Positions 59,444 through 64,000 of a stretch of 64,000 bases of DNA are shown here, piece after piece. The position numbers were made by a program, and so were the translations under genes. The stretch comes from Blastocladiella emersonii ATCC 22665 (taxonomy: Eukaryota; Fungi; Blastocladiomycota): positions 682,001 to 746,000 of the forward strand of contig JANHCV010000014.1 in the NCBI GenBank assembly GCA_025594325.1, in the 5' to 3' direction. Position 1 is the first letter of the stretch. Each line of letters opens with the position of its first letter. The notes below the pieces were generated by a model. It made no database searches, was not told the DNA's origin, and saw nothing but the letters and a program-made list of their open reading frames with translations.

Positions 59444-61874
59444 TTAATCGAGCTCGAGCGTAATCATTAGAAACTCAGCCAGTCGGCTTGTCTTCAAGGG
59501 TGCGACATGGTGGAGTTCTCGAAAGACTGCACGCGCCAACTCTGTGTCAAAATCACGCAGCACCCGCGACATTTGCGTGACCCACTTGGTGTCCGCGACG
59601 TCTTCAAGTGCACCGTCTGGCACGAGCTCCCAGAAATCGAGAGGGAGCGCCGTCTTGTAACCAAATTCCGCGAACATAGCAACAGGCCCGGTCCAGAGCA
59701 AGGGTTGGAACGCCTGGTCGTGCGGGATGAAGATTTCGGAGCACCGCAGGCAGGCCTCAATCAGGCACTGGGCCAACCTCGACTCGAAAGGACTGGAACA
59801 ATCTTTGCCTTGCGTGGCGACGATTGCGCGACAAGTGGAGTCGGAAGGAAAGCACGCAACGGGCAAGCCCGTGTTTTCAAACAGCAACTGCTGCAGTTCC
59901 AGCATGGCCACCGTCCAAGAACCGTCGGGCACTGGTGAGCAACGGGCGGTCCTCGCGTTTGGGGCCGGTGCAAGGATTGCTTTGCCGCGGATGACAAGGT
60001 GGCGGTTGAATATGATGGCAAGAAACAGGCGAGCAGTTGCTGTACCCTTTGCTCGGATCTGTTCGAGAGCGGCATCGTGCGTACAAGGGTCGTTCAAGAC
60101 AATGGCAGGGAGCCATGCCAAGCTAGACAGGTCAAAGATGTGAGGGTTGTGAAGGATGGCAAGGAATTCGTTGGCGAATAAGAACAAGGGCCACGGGGGG
60201 AGCCGGTGTTGCTCCCCACATCCAAATATGTGCCCCAGCATTCGATTCGCCAGGTACGAATTAGCTCGCTTGCTCTTCACACGCTCTTTGAAGTAATCGA
60301 GAGCGTCTCGCAACGCAGCCGCCAAGTCGGGGATTACGGCTTCAAAGTGGTGTTGTTCAAGCCGACGATAGCCGCGAAGAAGCATGCATTTGACGCTGCG
60401 GCCGTCAACTTCAGCGTAAAGAACGCCCTCACGGAAAGCTACAGTTATTCGTGGGGTAAGCAACCGCGGAGACTAATTGCTGGCACGGCGCTCAGCTCGC
60501 GCGTACCTTCAACGAGTGCGAATCTTAGGCGAGGCCCAAGCTGTGCAACAATAAACGAAGAGAACTCACTCGTCTCATCCTTTGTCATCTCCAAGAAAAG
60601 GATCCGTGCCCAAGTCGAAGTCGCCGTGTCGAGCAGTCCTAGATCGTCGAGCGAGGCGACAAGATCAATGCCGGGCTTGGTGAACGTCAAACGAATCGCA
60701 TGCTTTCTGAGCTTTTCCACAATGCGAGGCGACAATCCATCGGCGAGGACGCTCGGGTAGAGCCTCGACGCGTAGCGCAAGAATGCGCTTGGCACCCGCG
60801 AATGATCAAACAAGTAGCAAATGATGGGAAGGCCACGGGTGGTAAGCAACGGACCTGGCTTTCTAGTGCTCAATAGCCAGTCGAAGATCGGCATAAGCTC
60901 GGCGGGCGGGCGATTTTGTAATACGAGAGCCGCAATCACGGAACTCAAGATGGAGTTGTCGCCGAACGTGTGCGGAAGCAACTGCATGTCGAATCCACAA
61001 CGCGCGTCCTTGAGAAAGCGGAAGGAGTTGGGTTGCCAAGTGACGACTGCAAGCAGGAGGAGATGTTCGAGAAACGATGCTTGATTCTGAATACTCGCAG
61101 GGTCCAAGCGCACTTGTGTGTTCGCGCCGTGCTTGGCCAGGTAGTGCTCGCCGTGCAAGGTTATCCCCACCAGGCTGTCGGACAAGCGCCCACAGTGAGG
61201 ACCAGGAGCAGGTCGCGCTCAACGACAGCAAACAAAGTCTCGAGGAGTTTGGCGTCGTCCATGACCACGGCTGCGCCAAGAATGAGGTATGGTGCAGCCA
61301 TGTACGTGGCATCGATTGGCTGAGGCATGTTTAACTTGACGGCTGGGTCGTTTGGCTTCAAAAGACGCACTGGCAGGGCCCAGGTCCAAGCCTTCTCGAA
61401 GGCCACAGGGTGTGTTTGCGAGTAACTTCGCTGGTCGTACATGAAACCCTCCATGAGCGCGATGAGAAGCAAAGGGTCAGGATACGCAATCCCATCGATG
61501 GGAGACGAGCGCAAGCTATTGAAGAATGGCTGTTCAAGCACGAACTCAGCTTCATAAAAGAAGATTGAATCGCGCGAGGCCAGGTACTCGGCGAAAAGCA
61601 CAGGATTTATGTAACGGCAGAGCACGACCGGCGCCCAAACCCTGTTCATTGCAAGTGTGCGTGCTGCTTCGAATAGACACTGCGAAGCGCTGCAATATCT
61701 CGAGCGAGGCCGCGAGAGCTGGAGAATGTATGTGACAAGAGTGTCGGGAAGCGCCGCGAATAGTGCGGCGCAGTCGTTGGGTTCCGCCGAGGGTGCTGCG
61801 GACGGTAGGTCAGCGCTTTCAGCATGCCCGAGAGAAGCTTGCATCAACTCGGTGTGGTCTTTCATTCGTTTCAT
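59444..61874 (-). CDS. Large F-box-like protein I (one apparent frameshift at a G run near 61170)
   Basis: MKRM start and FAALPDTLVTYILQLSRPR. APYLILGAAV, MPIFDWLLSTRKP, CLRCS and LPLDFWELVPDGALE. Intron at ~60500-60440. Confidence 0.65.
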
Positions 61875-61942
61875 GGTCGTTGTGAGCCGATCATCGAGAG
61901 CGCAAGCTGAACGCGTCGCGTGAGAAGCAAGGTGGCTTGACA

Positions 61943-61974
61943 ACGCGTCGTGGTCACATGATTGATGGACGCGT
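61943..61974. promoter_or_regulatory. ACGCGT..TCACATGA-N7-ACGCGT composite motif
   Basis: 80 bp upstream of ATG 61874 (minus strand). Confidence 0.6.
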
Positions 61975-62140
61975 CTCCCCCTCTCTCGATGCGGTTCGTG
62001 GGCACACGAGGCATCACAAACATAGCGTATCTAGAAACCAAAGTCGTTGAAGTTGAGGAAACGAAATCGATATAAACTCGGCGGTCGCTCCCGCGCCACA
62101 CTGAAGAAATCACACTCGATGCCCGCTCACTGCTCACTGC

Positions 62141-64000
62141 TCACTGCAGCTCGAGCGAGACGAACAGCGACTCAACCGCACCGGCCGTGGTCACCGGAGC
62201 AACATGACGGAGTTCACAGAAGACCGCGCGCGCTGTGTCCGCGTCGAGCTGATGCTTGGTGCTCCGCGCCATCTTCATGAGCCACTTGGCGTCCTTGACG
62301 CCGTCCAGCGCGCCATCGGGCACAAGTTCCCAGAAGTCGAGCGGGAGCACCGTGTCGGGTCCAAGCTCGGCAAGCGATGCCGCGGGCTCGGCACGAAACA
62401 GAAACCGGAACGCCTGCTTCAGGCGCGGAACGACCGGGACGCGGCACCGCGGACAGACGCCGTTTGGGTACTCGGCGAGCTCGTCGTCAGTGCGGCCCTG
62501 CAGCCCGCTGCGGCCCTTGGCCTGCGCAATAATTCGAACAGATCCCGCACGGTCCGGAGGGAACCACCCGGTCGGCGTGTAGGCCGAGCCCATGACCTCG
62601 CGGATCAGCCGGTGAAGTTCAGTCATGGCAGCTGTCCAGGAAGCGTGGACCTCGAGCGTGCAGCGCTGCGATTCCTCACGCGGAGTTGGCGAGTACAGCG
62701 TCTTGGTATGGCTGCCAACGATATGGTTGAGCAGGATAGAGAGAAACATGCGCGCCGTGGTCGAACCCTTGGCGCGGACCTGCTGAAGCGCCGCGTCACG
62801 CATATTCGGGTCGTTGAGAACAATGGCAGGGAGCCAAGCCAGAACGTGCAAATCATGCATGTTTGGCGAACGAGCGACAGCGAGAAATTCGTTGGCCAAG
62901 CAGAACAGGAGCCACGGGCTGAGTCGACGTTGCTCGCTGCACCCAAATATGCAGTTTAGAGTCAGCACAATAAACCGCGAGACCGAGAGCTGATTTTCTG
63001 CCGCCTCCTCCATGACGGCAAAGTCGCCCTGCAGTGCTGCCGCAAAGTCGGGAAGCGCGGCTTCAAACTGCTCGCGCCCAAGCTGACGGTAAGCGTGGAC
63101 CAGGATGTTGGTCGCGCTGCGGCCACCCTCGTAAATGCCGAGAACACTTACTCGGAATGCTACAAGAGGAGCGAGAATATGTCACCACAGGTCGACTGGA
63201 GCACTCGAGCTACGCGCATACCTTCGACGAGTACAAGAGCAAGCCGTGACTCAAGATGCTCGGCCACAAATACTGAGAGATCGCTGGTACCCGTGCTGTC
63301 GTCCTCCGCCAGGCCCTTCAAGAGAATTTCCGCCCACGTACCTTCGTTAAACACACCGTGCTTGTCGAGGAGAGCGAGCAGCTCCGCATCGAGGTGCTCG
63401 TACTTCCACTCTCTGACCTGAAGTCGGACGTTTCGCAAACCATTTTCCTCGATGCCTTCGGCGAGACAGGCCGGGTGGTGCTCCGCGACAAAACGTACAA
63501 AGTCACGCGGGATCGGCGCAAGCAGATAGTTGATGAGATGGAGTCAGGCGGGCGACCACATGCGGCCGGGTCTGCGCTTGCGCAGCAGCCAGTCCAAGAT
63601 TGGTATGTAATTGGCAGCTGGGCGCGAAAAGTCTTGTTTGGGAAGGGTCGCGAGCGCAAAAGGCGCGACCGTGTTTTCGCCAAATGCATGCGCTAGCCCC
63701 ATCATGTCGATGCGGAAGCGCGGGTCGATGAGCACGCGGAACGAGTTGGGACACCACATGACAGCCGAGAGCAAGCACATGTGCTCGAGCAGCGAAGTGG
63801 GTTGAAGTTTGTTATCATGGGCGTCGCCTAAAACCGCAAGAATGCAGGAATTGCTGAGCTCGAGCTCACCCTCCAGTGTTAAGGCGAACCATTTCGACGG
63901 CGGCAGGGCTCGCTTCAAAACGCTAGGAAGGTCTCGCTCAACAGCGGCGAGCAAGTCAGTGAGCAGGTCGGCATCGTCCATGTGCACAGCGGCACAGAGT
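62141..64000 (-). CDS. Large F-box-like protein J (5' end outside the window; apparent frameshift near 63550)
   Basis: LLEHMCLLSAVMW, PILDWLLRKRRP, LSPWLLFCLANEF, CPRCR and LPLDFWELVPDGALD. Confidence 0.65.

Noticed and set aside
10929-64000. Crinkler-type or secreted effector annotation for the large family
   Set aside because: No signal peptides or LFLAK/HVLV-type motifs seen. The N-termini look F-box-like instead.
1-64000. Bacterial RT systems (retron, DGR, Abi) or prokaryotic contamination
   Set aside because: Spliceosomal introns, Rab and DHHC genes, and eukaryotic transposons occur throughout. The RT is of the non-LTR type with an APE domain.

Overview
Eukaryotic, GC-rich sequence with short GT-AG introns; an early-diverging or zoosporic fungus is my guess, not something the sequence shows. 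A small island of conserved genes at about 18-23 kb (Rab18-like GTPase, M17 leucine aminopeptidase, DHHC palmitoyltransferase) sits inside a birth-and-death gene cluster. The cluster has about 11 large F-box-like genes, 3 F-box/ankyrin-type genes, 1 F-box/LRR gene, and 4 copies of a LINE-derived APE-endonuclease/reverse-transcriptase fusion. The fusion has lost its catalytic residues and stops before the YADD motif in every copy. These unrelated families share a promoter motif (ACGCGT-N7-TCAYRTGA) and a nucleotide-level start leader read in different frames. Transposons with definable ends: a Helitron2-like element (5302-~10700) plus a remnant, two CATCG-ended TIR elements with 2-bp TSDs (one Plavaka/CMC-like), and a non-autonomous LTR element with a 5-bp TSD. 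A candidate Pol III structured RNA lies at 43726-44090. Family names come from motif recognition by eye; no searches were run. Some frameshifts at homopolymer runs could be assembly errors.
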